Assembly (NCBI GenBank): GCA_041946805.1
Contig: JBHGBC010000004.1
Span: 1 to 64,000, forward strand
Reading direction: 5' to 3'
Source: a bacterium
GTDB taxonomy: Bacteria; Hinthialibacterota; Hinthialibacteria; Hinthialibacterales; Hinthialibacteraceae
DNA: 64,000 nt
The position numbers and the translations under genes are program-made. Positions 9,747 to 20,246 of the stretch are shown one piece after another (positions within the stretch are counted from its first letter, which is position 1; every line of letters starts with the position of its first letter). A model generated the notes under the pieces. It was not told the DNA's origin, ran no database searches, and saw nothing but the letters and a program-made list of their open reading frames with translations.

Positions 9747-12700
9747 TTATTTCTTCACCCGCAGCAGCCGCATGTCGCCATTGTTGCGCAGCCAGATGGC
9801 CCGGTCACGTGAAGGCAAAAAGCGCAGGGCGGCGGCGTCCATGATTACCGTATAAGGCTTGTCGGAAAACTGGAGGATGGGGTTGTACTGATGGATCACC
9901 CCGTACCGGTCCAGCAGGACGATGTTTCTCTCCTCGGAAAACTGAATGTCGCTGAGCACATCCCAGCCGAACTGGCTTGTAGGTACTTCGTGGGTTTGGC
10001 GGTCTTCCTGGGTGTAAACAAAGGCCGGGCCTTCCCGGGAGGTGTAGGCCACCGTGAACAAATCTCCCTCATCCCGGGCGGCCATGTCGAAGAGGGGCTT
10101 GCCCTTGGTCTCGAGCCGCGTTTGATCGAGTAGCGCGCCGCCGGTCAGATCCAGCCGCAGCAAGAGGCCGTTCGCGCTCAGGGCCAATAGTTCGCTTCCC
10201 CCCCGGACGGTTTCGATACCGATCCAGTGTTCCCCCTCGGCATAATCCCGCAGATCGCCCCATTTGGAGGGTGTCCGGTCAAAAGGCGATTTCTGTTCTC
10301 CGAGAAAGCGGGGAAACGGGTATTGCCATACCGTGCCGTCCTGGCATAGGAAGAGGATCTTCTGATCCCCCAACGCGCCGTCAATGGCCTCCGTCCGCGG
10401 CCAGGAAACCAGGCCGGAGCCGTCCAGCAAGAACAAAACGCCCTTGTTGAGAAACACCAGCCGTCCCCAGCGATCGAGCAGGACGATGAAATCATCCTCT
10501 ACGGGCAACATATCGACGTACATGGGTATCGCGTCGCTGGGCCGGTACATGAGCAGCCCGGCCACGTTGCGGATGACCTCGGTATCGATCAGGTCATAGC
10601 AAATCGAAGTGAAATGGCTGGATTTGTTCCATAAGACGGACAAGGTATTGTAGGCGGAGCTCAAGGCCCCCCGCTCGATCATCGAACCGATCTTCTGCCG
10701 GGAGACCGCCCCGCTGGGATCGAGATCCGCCTTTACGAGGCGGTAGCGGTTGTCGAGCAGGAGCAGAGCGTCCTGGCCGGGCAGGGCGAGCATCCGCCGG
10801 TAGCGGTCGACGATTTCCCCGGGCAGCACCACGTCCCGGTAGATGGGCGTCGCGCCGATGTAATGCAGGTTGCCGTTCAGATCGAGGATGATCATCCCCT
10901 TTTCGTCCGGGGTGAATTGAAAATCCCGGATGATGGGATTGAACCAGTCGTTTTCGAACGGGAACTGGATCTTGTTCCGGTCGTAGGAAAGGCGGTTATT
11001 GACATCGATGGTCACCGGGAGGTTGCCGAAGGTCAAATGCAGCGCCACGACGTGGTTGTAGGAAGGATAGCCTTCCAGGAGCAGGGTTTGGCCGTGGAAA
11101 TCCCAAACCCGGTTGAAATTATCCAGCACGCAGAGAATTCCGGTTTCGCGCTGGACGGCCAGGTCCACCATTTCCACGGGCAGTTTGCGGGAGGAGGGCG
11201 GAGGCGGCAGGAAACGGCCGAGCCGCTCCACGGGATGCCAGATTTCTCCCCCGCTCCCTCCCTTTTCCAAAAGATCGCGGGACACCGTGAGGATTTGGCC
11301 GTCCTTGCACAACATCGCCACGGAGCCGTCGGGGAGAATGTCGGCGGCCGTGACGGAACTGTCCACACGGCTATTGGGCGCGAAGATCCACTCCAGCGGC
11401 TGGTTTTCCTGGTACGAAAAGATCCGGCCGAATTGATCGAATATCAGCACCCGGTCCGGCGGTCCGGGCAGAAAGGCCAAGTCGCAAGCCCAGCCGGGAT
11501 GATCGAAGGCCTGAGGGGGCAGCATGGCCAGGGCGGAGATGGTCCAGGCATCCATGAATTTCAGGATGTCCTGGTAATGCTCCGGCGATTCTTCCAAGGC
11601 CCGGTCGGCGAGCCAGTAGAGGTAGGATTCGTTCTTTTGGGGGTGGATATCGATCAGTTGTTTGTAATAAAAATCGGGGATGAAGGGGCTCAGGGCGGGT
11701 CCCACCTTGGTGACCAGCACCGGATAACGCCAGAACAGGGCGTTTTGCAGGATCCACACCGAGGTGAGCGCCGCGGCCAGCAACACCAGAGCCAGGACGC
11801 GTTTTCTCCATACCCGTACATGCGACACTTCACTCATGGCGGCGACTCCACAAAGAGCGATGGAGGGAAACATGAAGGTAAACAAATCCCAATCCACCGG
11901 ATATCCGAGAACAGGATAATACAAAAAACCCAGGATAAACGAAGCGGCGCCGCCCAGGGCGGAGAAAATCAACTCCGGCGGATGGCTACGGCGGAAAAGA
12001 AACCGGGGATGGCTGAACGCGCGGGCAACGATCAATCCCACCGGGGCGAGGATGACCAGCAGCATCTCGTTGGCCCAATCGGCGAGGTGCCAGGCCGAAA
12101 AGAGCGTATAACCGGCGGCTCGCGCCGAGGGGCTGAGGGGAATCATGCCCGACGGATTGCTCAGGCGGGTGATGATGCCGGCGAAAGGATTGGCGTAGGG
12201 GATCAGCAGGACCAGGGCGATCAGCGTGGGGAGCGCGACGAGCAGCCCTTGCAGGCATAAGTCAATGATTGTGAGACCGTTACGTTTCCTGGAGGTCCAC
12301 AGAAGAAAGAGATAGCCCAGCCCCAGGACGCCATGCCAAAAGCCCATGGCCAAGGCGATGCCGAATCCGAAGCTGACCGCCGAGATCGAAATCCGTCCCC
12401 ACAGGAAGAACCATCCGGCGAAGAGATAGATCAATTGGGCGAGATTGGTCTGCCCGTAGATTTCCAGATACCCGCAGAACAAATTGAGGACCGGTGAAAT
12501 GAAGAGGAACAGGGGAATCAGGAATGAGTAGGGTTGGGGAATCCGGGCGGCGGTATGTAACACCAGCAACACATAAACGCTTCCGTAGAGACAAGCAAGC
12601 GATTGGAACAAGTCGATTAGCGTCCAGCCCGGCAGAAAGACAAGGAGCCCGCTCAACCAGCAACGGATCAAGGTTTCAAGGGGCGCGTGTTCGACCAGGA

Positions 12701-13127
12701 ACACGGAGCCTTGGACGGATTCGAGGGAGAACTGGAGGATGTCGCCGGAATCAGTCCGCTGGATGCTGAAGTACCAGAAGAAAAGCAGGCTGGCCATATA
12801 GATAAAGAGACTACTGGAATACGGTTTGAGTTGAAGGCGATGAAACACCCGCTCGCATAAAGACACATATCCATGCCACACCGTTTCTGACCAACGGTTG
12901 GAAATCAGGATGGAGGCGATAAACACCGTCCAGAAGAGTAAAAAACCGGCCGGGGCGGACCGCATGCGTGTTTCCAGCCAGGGATGCGGGCGGCCGAGCG
13001 CGAAGAGGCCGGCCAGCGCCAGGGCGATCACGGCCCAGGCCACCAGCGACTGAACCCGCCTGTCTTCCGCGGCAGAGAGGTCATTGTTTTCGGCTGGGAC
13101 CTTATAAGCTAACGCGCTGCAAGGCAT
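9747..13127 (-). CDS. Polytopic membrane protein (GT-C-like N-half) with C-terminal beta-propeller repeats
   Basis: More than 10 TM segments with GYLEIYG and DWDLF; repeated blades ILDLNGNLH / LLDRWGRL / LLDRYGVIH / IFDQFGRIF; start uncertain. Confidence 0.65.
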   Translation of the reverse strand: MPCSALAYKVPAENNDLSAAEDRRVQSLVAWAVIALALAGLFALGRPHPWLETRMRSAPAGFLLFWTVFIASILISNRWSETVWHGYVSLCERVFHRLQLKPYSSSLFIYMASLLFFWYFSIQRTDSGDILQFSLESVQGSVFLVEHAPLETLIRCWLSGLLVFLPGWTLIDLFQSLACLYGSVYVLLVLHTAARIPQPYSFLIPLFLFISPVLNLFCGYLEIYGQTNLAQLIYLFAGWFFLWGRISISAVSFGFGIALAMGFWHGVLGLGYLFLLWTSRKRNGLTIIDLCLQGLLVALPTLIALVLLIPYANPFAGIITRLSNPSGMIPLSPSARAAGYTLFSAWHLADWANEMLLVILAPVGLIVARAFSHPRFLFRRSHPPELIFSALGGAASFILGFLYYPVLGYPVDWDLFTFMFPSIALCGVAAMSEVSHVRVWRKRVLALVLLAAALTSVWILQNALFWRYPVLVTKVGPALSPFIPDFYYKQLIDIHPQKNESYLYWLADRALEESPEHYQDILKFMDAWTISALAMLPPQAFDHPGWACDLAFLPGPPDRVLIFDQFGRIFSYQENQPLEWIFAPNSRVDSSVTAADILPDGSVAMLCKDGQILTVSRDLLEKGGSGGEIWHPVERLGRFLPPPPSSRKLPVEMVDLAVQRETGILCVLDNFNRVWDFHGQTLLLEGYPSYNHVVALHLTFGNLPVTIDVNNRLSYDRNKIQFPFENDWFNPIIRDFQFTPDEKGMIILDLNGNLHYIGATPIYRDVVLPGEIVDRYRRMLALPGQDALLLLDNRYRLVKADLDPSGAVSRQKIGSMIERGALSSAYNTLSVLWNKSSHFTSICYDLIDTEVIRNVAGLLMYRPSDAIPMYVDMLPVEDDFIVLLDRWGRLVFLNKGVLFLLDGSGLVSWPRTEAIDGALGDQKILFLCQDGTVWQYPFPRFLGEQKSPFDRTPSKWGDLRDYAEGEHWIGIETVRGGSELLALSANGLLLRLDLTGGALLDQTRLETKGKPLFDMAARDEGDLFTVAYTSREGPAFVYTQEDRQTHEVPTSQFGWDVLSDIQFSEERNIVLLDRYGVIHQYNPILQFSDKPYTVIMDAAALRFLPSRDRAIWLRNNGDMRLLRVKK

Positions 13128-13159
13128 ATCAATGCGTCCGTCTTTCGATACGTTAAACG

Positions 13160-13262
13160 CGGCTCACCCGGAGGTCCGCCCCTACATAAATTTCCTCACC
13201 CTGGCCCTCTCCCAGAGGGAGAGGGGTACCGCGATGGGTTACGCTGCGCTAACCCATCCTAC
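13160..13262. repeat. REP mosaic (B 13160-13185, A 13194-13226, E 13233-13262)
   Basis: GGTCCGCCCCTAC; CCTCACCCTGGCCCTCTCCCAGAGGGAGAGGGG; GATGGGTTA..TAACCCATCCTAC. Confidence 0.85.
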
Positions 13263-13461
13263 GTCCTATATGCGGCGCATTGAAACCAACCGGGACGCAC
13301 TACCCGGATTTGCCTCATTTAATCCGCCCTTCTTCTCGATCCCCGTGAAACCGGCCTTGATCTTCTTGGATTTGGAATAAAAATCAACCGGTATCCGCCG
13401 GTCCTCCCCGTGCGCGCTTCCGGGGACTGCCCTCTCATGGCCAGAAAGCGAGTGGAAACGC

Positions 13462-13881
13462 ATGCCAGACGCCAGCCATACGTTTCATTTGCGGGTCCGG
13501 TACAGCGAAACGGACCAGATGGGCACGTTTTACAATTCCCGGGCCTTGGAGTGGTTCGAATGCGGGCGGACCGAGTTGTTCCGTTCGCGCGGGCTTCCCT
13601 ACACGGAAATCGAGAGCCGGGGCGTATGTTTACCCCTGGTGGAAGCCCATGTCGAATACCAGGGCCGCGCCCGGTATGACGACTTGCTGGAAATCACCGC
13701 GTCGGCGTCGATGCCGGGCAAGGCGCGGGTGCGGTGCGATGTCACCATCCGGCATGCGGAGACCGGATCCGCCGTGGCGCGCGGCTACACGGTACACGCC
13801 TTCACCAATCCGGAGGGGAAGCCGATCCGTCCCCCCGCGTGGTTGACGGAAGCGATAAACCCCGATGGGAGAAATTCATGA
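13462..13881 (+). CDS. Acyl-CoA thioesterase (YbgC/4HBT hot-dog fold)
   Basis: RVRYSETDQMG..YNSRALEWFECGRTE. Confidence 0.92.
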   Translation: MPDASHTFHLRVRYSETDQMGTFYNSRALEWFECGRTELFRSRGLPYTEIESRGVCLPLVEAHVEYQGRARYDDLLEITASASMPGKARVRCDVTIRHAETGSAVARGYTVHAFTNPEGKPIRPPAWLTEAINPDGRNS

Positions 13882-15512
13882 TCAAACCGACGATGGAACG
13901 CATTCTGTTAAGCGGCAACGAGGCGGTCGCCTTGGCCGCCAAGAACGCCGGGGTGGCGTTGGGCACGGGATACCCCGGCACGCCGTCCACCGAGATCCTG
14001 GAGAATTTTTCCGAGCTCGGCGGCAAGGCCCAATGGTCCCCGAATGAAAAAGTGGCGATGGAGGTGGCCTTGGGGGCCGCCTTTGCCGGGGCGCGCGTCT
14101 TGGTGACCATGAAACATGTGGGGCTCAACGTGGCCGCCGATCCACTGTTCACCGCCGCCTACACGGGCGTCTCGGGCGCGCTGGTGGTGATTTCGGCCGA
14201 CGATCCCGGCATGGCGTCCAGCCAGAACGAGCAGGACAACCGCCATTACGCGGCCGCCGCGGGCATACCCATGCTGGAGCCCGCCGATTCGCAGGAGGCC
14301 TACGACTTCACCGCCGCCGCGATCGGGATTTCCGCCCGCTGGCAATTGCCCGTGATGCTCCGGGTGACCACGCGGGTGTGCCATTCCAAGTCGATCGTCC
14401 TGCCGCGCGCGATTGCCGGGCCGGAGGCGGAACCGTCGTTCGTCCGGGACATCGAGGGGCGGGTGATGATCCCCGCCTACGCCCGTCCCGCCCACCGGAA
14501 ACTGCGTAAAAAACTGGCGGAAATCGCCGCCTGGAACGAGAACTCGGACCTGCATCAGTTGATCGAGGGGGACAAGCCCCTGGGCATCGTCACGTCCGGT
14601 ATTTCCTTTCAGCATACGCGCGAGGCGGAGCCACGGGCGAGCGTTTTGAAACTGGGGATGACGTATCCACTCCCGGTGAATCGCATCCGTTCGTTCGTGG
14701 AGTCCGTGGACCGCTGCGTGGTGATCGAGGAAGGCGATCCGTACCTCGTGAACGCCCTCAGCGCCGCGGGCATCCCGGTGGAAGGAAAGCCGGAGATGTA
14801 CCGTTTCGGCGAGTTGAACGTGAACCGGGTGCGCCGCATTCTGGCCCGCGACGAGTCGCCGGAACCGGTTCCCCCGCGCGGCAAGCCGCCCCAGTTGTGC
14901 CCGGGATGCGCCCACCGCTCGGTTTTCCAGATCCTGCACGATCTCGATTGCATCGTGTCGGGGGATATCGGCTGCTATACCCTGGGCGTGTTGCCTCCCT
15001 TCCAGGCCATGGACACCTGTGTCTGCATGGGGGCCAGCATCGGGGCGGGGCTGGGACTGCGGCACGTGCTGCCCCGGGACCAGGCGCGGCGGGTGGTGAG
15101 CGTGATCGGCGACAGCACCTTCATCCACAGCGGCATCACCGGCCTGGCGGAGATGGTGTACAACCCGCCCCCCACGGGCCACGTGGTGATCATCCTCGAC
15201 AACTCGACCACCGCCATGACCGGCCTGCAGGAACATCCAGGGACCGGGCGGTCGCTGGACCATTCGCCGGCCCATAAGATCGAGTTCGAGGACCTGGCGC
15301 GGTCGCTGGGGATTCCCCACGTGCACACGCTCGATCCGGTCATGGAAGCGGACGCCTTGAAAGACCTGATCCAGAACTTGTTGGATAAAGAAGTACTGGC
15401 CCTGGTGATCGCGCGGCGGTCGTGCCTCCTGGCCGCGCGCAAGATCCGGGAATACGAAGCCGCCGCCGCGCAATCGAATTCCGATTGCCAATACGCCTCG
15501 CGGGAGACCTGA
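13878..15512 (+). CDS. iorA: Indolepyruvate:ferredoxin oxidoreductase alpha subunit
   Basis: GNEAVA, YPGTPSTEI, MKHVGLNVAADP, LCPGCAHR, GDIGCY, GDSTFIHSG; ATGA overlap with thioesterase. Confidence 0.92.
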   Translation: MIKPTMERILLSGNEAVALAAKNAGVALGTGYPGTPSTEILENFSELGGKAQWSPNEKVAMEVALGAAFAGARVLVTMKHVGLNVAADPLFTAAYTGVSGALVVISADDPGMASSQNEQDNRHYAAAAGIPMLEPADSQEAYDFTAAAIGISARWQLPVMLRVTTRVCHSKSIVLPRAIAGPEAEPSFVRDIEGRVMIPAYARPAHRKLRKKLAEIAAWNENSDLHQLIEGDKPLGIVTSGISFQHTREAEPRASVLKLGMTYPLPVNRIRSFVESVDRCVVIEEGDPYLVNALSAAGIPVEGKPEMYRFGELNVNRVRRILARDESPEPVPPRGKPPQLCPGCAHRSVFQILHDLDCIVSGDIGCYTLGVLPPFQAMDTCVCMGASIGAGLGLRHVLPRDQARRVVSVIGDSTFIHSGITGLAEMVYNPPPTGHVVIILDNSTTAMTGLQEHPGTGRSLDHSPAHKIEFEDLARSLGIPHVHTLDPVMEADALKDLIQNLLDKEVLALVIARRSCLLAARKIREYEAAAAQSNSDCQYASRET

Positions 15513-15518
15513 TCGATC

Positions 15519-16010
15519 ATGCCGGAAATCCAACCGTTGAATCACGTCATCAATGTCGTCGTCGCCGGGCTGGGCGGCCAGGGGGTCATCAAGGCCTCCG
15601 ATATTCTCGCCGACGCGGTGTTCCGCGCGGGCTATGACGTTAAAAAAGCCGAAGTCCACGGGATGAGCCAGCGGGGCGGCTCGGTGAACAGCGATGTCCG
15701 CTTCGGGCCCAGGGTGTTCAGCCCCATGATCCCCGGCGGCGAGGCGGATTTCCTGGTCGTGCTGGCCGAGGACCAGGTGGAAACCAACCGGAACCGCCTG
15801 CGCGCGGACGGTGTGCTGATCGATCCCTCCTCGATTGCCGCGGCCGTGCTTTCCAATCCCCGGACACTCAATGTCGCGCTGTTGGGCCTCCTGAGCACCC
15901 GCCTGCCGGTGGAGGAAGATTATTGGCTCGCGGCCCTGCGCGCCAATCTCCCGGAAAAAATCCTGGAGATTAATTTGAAGGCTTTTGCGGCCGGACGCTC
16001 CACGACCTGA
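15519..16010 (+). CDS. iorB: Indolepyruvate oxidoreductase beta subunit
   Basis: GLGGQGVI, EVHGMSQRGGSV, NLKAFAAG. Confidence 0.92.
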   Translation: MPEIQPLNHVINVVVAGLGGQGVIKASDILADAVFRAGYDVKKAEVHGMSQRGGSVNSDVRFGPRVFSPMIPGGEADFLVVLAEDQVETNRNRLRADGVLIDPSSIAAAVLSNPRTLNVALLGLLSTRLPVEEDYWLAALRANLPEKILEINLKAFAAGRSTT

Positions 16011-16075
16011 TGAAAGATATGTATAATGGTGGTGTTCAAACAGGGCATCCCATCATGCGCACCGAGGTTGACATC

Positions 16076-16528
16076 ATGACGGCAAAAAAGGACGTGGAGG
16101 ATTTTCTCCGGCAGAAAAATATTGCCGTGGCCGGCATATCCCGGAATCGCTTTAAGTTGGCCAACCGGGCCTTTTATGAATTGCGCGCCCGCGGACACCG
16201 TGTGTTTCCGGTGAATCCGCGCATGGAACTGTTCGAAGGGAGAATCTGCTACCCGAATTTTGTGGCCATTCCCGATCCCGTGGACGGGGCGTTGATCGTG
16301 GTCCCGCCGGCGGCCACCGAGAAAGTCGTGCAATACGCCGCCATGGCCGAGATTCCCTGGATCTGGCTGCAGCAAGGATCGGAAACCGACAACGCCATCC
16401 GGTTTTGCGAAAAGCACGGCATGAAGGTGATCCATCACGAGTGCATCATGATGTTCATCGAACCGGTGCGGTTTCCCCATCACGTCCACCGGTGGCTGTG
16501 GCGCCGGCTGGGGAAGTATCCCGCCTGA
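16076..16528 (+). CDS. CoA-binding protein (YccU-like)
   Basis: IAVAGIS, VFPVNP, IWLQQG, ECIMM; GAGGT RBS before ATG 16076. Confidence 0.88.
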   Translation: MTAKKDVEDFLRQKNIAVAGISRNRFKLANRAFYELRARGHRVFPVNPRMELFEGRICYPNFVAIPDPVDGALIVVPPAATEKVVQYAAMAEIPWIWLQQGSETDNAIRFCEKHGMKVIHHECIMMFIEPVRFPHHVHRWLWRRLGKYPA

Positions 16529-16652
16529 CCGGGCATCTCCGGCGTCCGTGTCTCATTTCCGTCCGGTCTTCTTTTCCCGCACAAAATGCATGGTATAGTG
16601 GTTGGGTAGCCTGAGTCAGTCCAATTCATACATCCAGTGAGCGCATCCACCC

Positions 16653-17984
16653 ATGAAAGAAATGTGGAATGACAAACCCGGTGGCTTTCATCCCGCCAGC
16701 ACGCCCGACTTTCTCCCCCTTCCCCAACTAAAGGAACAGCAGAGCAAGCGCCTCCAATCGGTGACGGAACGGGTTTACAACCATGTCCACCTATACCGCC
16801 AGCGCATGGACGAAAAGGGAATCAAGCCTTCGGACATCCGCACGGTGGAGGACATCCGCCACCTGCCGTTCACGTTGAAGTCGGACCTGCGGGACAACTA
16901 TCCCTTCGGCCTGTTCGCCAGTCCCATTCATGAAATCGTGCGCCTGCACGCCTCCAGCGGAACCACGGGCAAGCCCACGGTGGTGGCCTACACGCAGGAG
17001 GACATCGACGTGTGGACCAGCGTCATGGTCCGCAGTTTCGCGGCCTGCGGCCTGCACCGGGGCGACATCATCCAAAACGCCTACGGCTACGGCCTCTTCA
17101 CGGGCGGGCTGGGCGCGCATTACGGCGCCGAGGGACTGGGCGCGACCGTCATCCCCATCTCGGGCGGCAACACCGACCGCCAGATCATGATCATGAAGGA
17201 TTTCGGCGTCACGGCGATCTGCTGCACGCCCAGCTATTTCCTGCATCTGATCGAGCGGGCCGAGGAGATGGGCGTCCGCATCCAGAACCTCCCCATCCGG
17301 GCGGGGGTCTTCGGGGCCGAACCCTGGTCCGAGGCCATGCGCCGGCGGATCGAGGAGATGAGCGGGATCAAGGCCTACGACATCTACGGGTTGTCGGAAA
17401 TCATCGGGCCGGGCGTGGCCATCGAGTGCGAACACCAGGCGGGCCTGCATATTTTCGAAGACCATTTCTACCCGGAGATCATCGATCTCGAAACCGGCGA
17501 GCCCGCCCCGGACGGGGCGGAGGGCGAGCTGGTGCTGACCACGCTCAGCAAGCGGGCCATGCCCGTTCTGCGGTACCGGACCCACGACATCACCGCCTTC
17601 ATTACGGAGCCGTGCGCCTGCGGTCGGACGGTCCGCCGGATCAAGCGGATCGGGCGGCGCAGCGACGACATGTTCATCATCCGCGGCGTCAACGTGTATC
17701 CCTCGCAGGTGGAAACGGCGCTGCTCTCCGCCGAGGGCACCCTGCCCCATTACCAGATCATCCTCACCCGGGACAAAGGGCTGGATCAAATGGAAGTGCA
17801 GGTGGAGGTGACGTCCGAAGTGTTCAGCGACAAAATCCGCGCCCTCGAGGACCTGCAGCGCAAATTGTCCAAGGCGATCGAGCAAACCCTGTGCATCCAC
17901 GTGCATGTCCGCCTGGTCGAGCCCCATTCCATCACCCGGAGCGAGGGCAAGGCCAAGCGTGTGATCGATAACCGCAAGTTGTAA
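16653..17984 (+). CDS. paaK: Phenylacetate-CoA ligase
   Basis: [51 protein letters not shown]. Confidence 0.93.
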   Translation: MKEMWNDKPGGFHPASTPDFLPLPQLKEQQSKRLQSVTERVYNHVHLYRQRMDEKGIKPSDIRTVEDIRHLPFTLKSDLRDNYPFGLFASPIHEIVRLHASSGTTGKPTVVAYTQEDIDVWTSVMVRSFAACGLHRGDIIQNAYGYGLFTGGLGAHYGAEGLGATVIPISGGNTDRQIMIMKDFGVTAICCTPSYFLHLIERAEEMGVRIQNLPIRAGVFGAEPWSEAMRRRIEEMSGIKAYDIYGLSEIIGPGVAIECEHQAGLHIFEDHFYPEIIDLETGEPAPDGAEGELVLTTLSKRAMPVLRYRTHDITAFITEPCACGRTVRRIKRIGRRSDDMFIIRGVNVYPSQVETALLSAEGTLPHYQIILTRDKGLDQMEVQVEVTSEVFSDKIRALEDLQRKLSKAIEQTLCIHVHVRLVEPHSITRSEGKAKRVIDNRKL

Positions 17985-18073
17985 TCCGGCCGGTCCTCTC
18001 CCCCGGCCGGAGCCGGGAATCCACCGCGGACCTGGGAAACACGATTCACATCATTCAAATTGGAGACGGATCG

Positions 18074-18517
18074 ATGAAAATTCATCAACTTTCGCTCTTT
18101 CTGGAAAACAAGGCCGGCCAGATGGCGGTGCCGTGCGCCCTCCTGGCGCGGGAGAATATCAACATTCTGACACTGACCCTGGCCGACACCCAGCAGTTCG
18201 GCATTCTGCGGTTGATCGTCAAGGATTGGCAGAAAGCCAAGGAAATCCTCGAAAAGGCCGGGCACGTGGTGAACGTGACGGAAGTGGTGGCCATCGAGGT
18301 CGACGACCGGCCCGGGGGGATGAAGGAAATCCTCGACGTGATCGACAAGCACGGGATCAACATCGAGTACGTGTACGCCTTCACGTTCAAGCGCGGCAAC
18401 AAGGCGATCCTCATATTCCGTTTCGAGAACGCCGATCACGCCGTGCGTTGCCTGCAGGCCGAGGGCGTCAATGTCGTGGGCTCGGTCGAGCTCTTCAATC
18501 ACGTGGAATCCAACTGA
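18074..18517 (+). CDS. Tandem ACT-domain amino acid-binding protein
   Basis: QLSLFLENKAG, ADTQQFGILRLIV, DRPGG, INIEYVYAF. Confidence 0.9.
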   Translation: MKIHQLSLFLENKAGQMAVPCALLARENINILTLTLADTQQFGILRLIVKDWQKAKEILEKAGHVVNVTEVVAIEVDDRPGGMKEILDVIDKHGINIEYVYAFTFKRGNKAILIFRFENADHAVRCLQAEGVNVVGSVELFNHVESN

Positions 18518-18547
18518 AATCCAACCGGCGATCCAGGTATTTTCCCC

Positions 18548-19897
18548 ATGGCTGTATCCAAACCCGTTTTTTCACCTTCTCCCTTCGATAATCGAATCTG
18601 GGACACCGCGGAAACCACCCCACGGGACCAGATGACCGCCCTCCAAATCCAGCGCCTGCGGGAAACCGTGGCCCAGGCCGCGCGGGTTCCGTTCTATCAG
18701 CAGGCGTTTCAGAAGTCCGGGATCACTCCCGATTCCATCCGCACGCTGGATGACCTGCGCCGCCTGCCCATCACCGTGAAAAACGATCTGCGCGAGCATT
18801 ATCCCCTTGGGCTGCTGGCCGTGCCCCGGGAACAGATCGCCCGCATTCACGGCTCCACCGGCACCACCGGCAAACCTACGTTCGTCGCGTATACGGCCAA
18901 GGATCTGCAAACCTGGGCGGATTTATGCGCCCGATTCCTGGTGGCCGGCGGCCTGCGGCCCGAGCATACCGTGCACATCGCCTTTGGGTACGGATTGTTC
19001 ACGGGGGGCTTCGGCCTCCATTACGGCGTGGAAAAAGTCGGCGCGGCCATCGTGCCCGCCTCGGCGGGGAACACATCGCGCCAGATCGACCTGATCCGCG
19101 ACCTCGAAGCCAATGTACTGGTGGGCACCCCCAGTTATTCCCTCTACCTGGCGGATGTCTGCCAGGAACGGGGGATCGATCCCCGTGAGCTGCCCTTGGA
19201 GTACGCTCATTTCGGCGGTGAACCGTGGACCGAGGACATGCGCGTCGAGATCGAACGGGAGTTGAACCTGGCCGCGTTCAACAACTACGGCCTCAGCGAA
19301 GTGATCGGTCCCGGCGTCAGCGGCGAATGTTTCGCCCGGGACGGCATGCACATTCAGGAAGACCATTTCCTCGTCGAATGCCTGGATCCCGATACGCTGG
19401 AATCCGTGCCCGAAGGGGAAAAAGGCGAGTTGGTCATCACCGCCCTGACCAAGGAAGCGATGCCCATGATCCGCTACCGCACCCGCGACATCGCCTCCCT
19501 GTGTTACGCTCCCTGCCCTTGCGGCCGCACCACGATCAAGATGAGCCGGATCACGGGACGCACCGATGACATGTTCATCATCCGCGGGGTTAACGTCTTC
19601 CCGTCCCAGATCGAGGAAGCCCTGTTGCGGGTGGAGGGAACCACGCCTCATTACCAGATCGAGATCAACCGGCCCAACGCCCTCGACGAAGTGACCGTCC
19701 GGGTGGAAATCCGGCCGCAGGACTTCTCCGACATGATGTCCAAGATGCAGGCCCTCAAGCAGCGCATCGCCCGGGAGATCCAGCAGGTGGCCGGCATCCG
19801 CGCCACGGTGGAACTGGTCGATCCTCATACCCTCGAACGCTTCGCGGGCAAAGCCAAGCGCGTGCTCGACAACCGGGGGAAGGCGGAAGAACAGTAG
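18548..19897 (+). CDS. paaK: Phenylacetate-CoA ligase (second paralogue)
   Basis: [42 protein letters not shown]. Confidence 0.92.
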   Translation: MAVSKPVFSPSPFDNRIWDTAETTPRDQMTALQIQRLRETVAQAARVPFYQQAFQKSGITPDSIRTLDDLRRLPITVKNDLREHYPLGLLAVPREQIARIHGSTGTTGKPTFVAYTAKDLQTWADLCARFLVAGGLRPEHTVHIAFGYGLFTGGFGLHYGVEKVGAAIVPASAGNTSRQIDLIRDLEANVLVGTPSYSLYLADVCQERGIDPRELPLEYAHFGGEPWTEDMRVEIERELNLAAFNNYGLSEVIGPGVSGECFARDGMHIQEDHFLVECLDPDTLESVPEGEKGELVITALTKEAMPMIRYRTRDIASLCYAPCPCGRTTIKMSRITGRTDDMFIIRGVNVFPSQIEEALLRVEGTTPHYQIEINRPNALDEVTVRVEIRPQDFSDMMSKMQALKQRIAREIQQVAGIRATVELVDPHTLERFAGKAKRVLDNRGKAEEQ

Positions 19898-19941
19898 GAA
19901 CGCCGGATTTCGGCGGCAGGGACGGGGTCGAGCAGGGGGAA

Positions 19942-20145
19942 TGATGTTCTGTCGATTTTTTCCGGCCTAGATCAAATTACCAAAACAGAACTGGTTAATC
20001 GATGGCACGAAACGCCAATAGGGCGCCCTTTCAGGGCTTCCCTCACCCCAACCCTCTCCCAGAGGGAGAGGGAGTGGTCATGCACCCTCCTGATACCCAG
20101 AATAAAGCCGGATAAAACAGATGGGGCGCGCGGTGGCGCGCCCCG
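19942..20145 (+). mobile_element. MITE-like family 1 copy, right part decayed
   Basis: GTTCTGTCGATTTTTT left end; the first ~135 bp closely match 22128-22260 (AGATCAAAT..GGTTAATCGATGG..CCAATAGGGCG..REP A). Confidence 0.7.
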
Positions 20146-20246
20146 CGGGTTTTCGGGATTGATCCCCTCATCCGATTGACAGCCGCCGGACTTCATAAGG
20201 AAACGCGGCCGGTGACTGTCCCAGCCGGATGGCAGGCCCGGACGGA

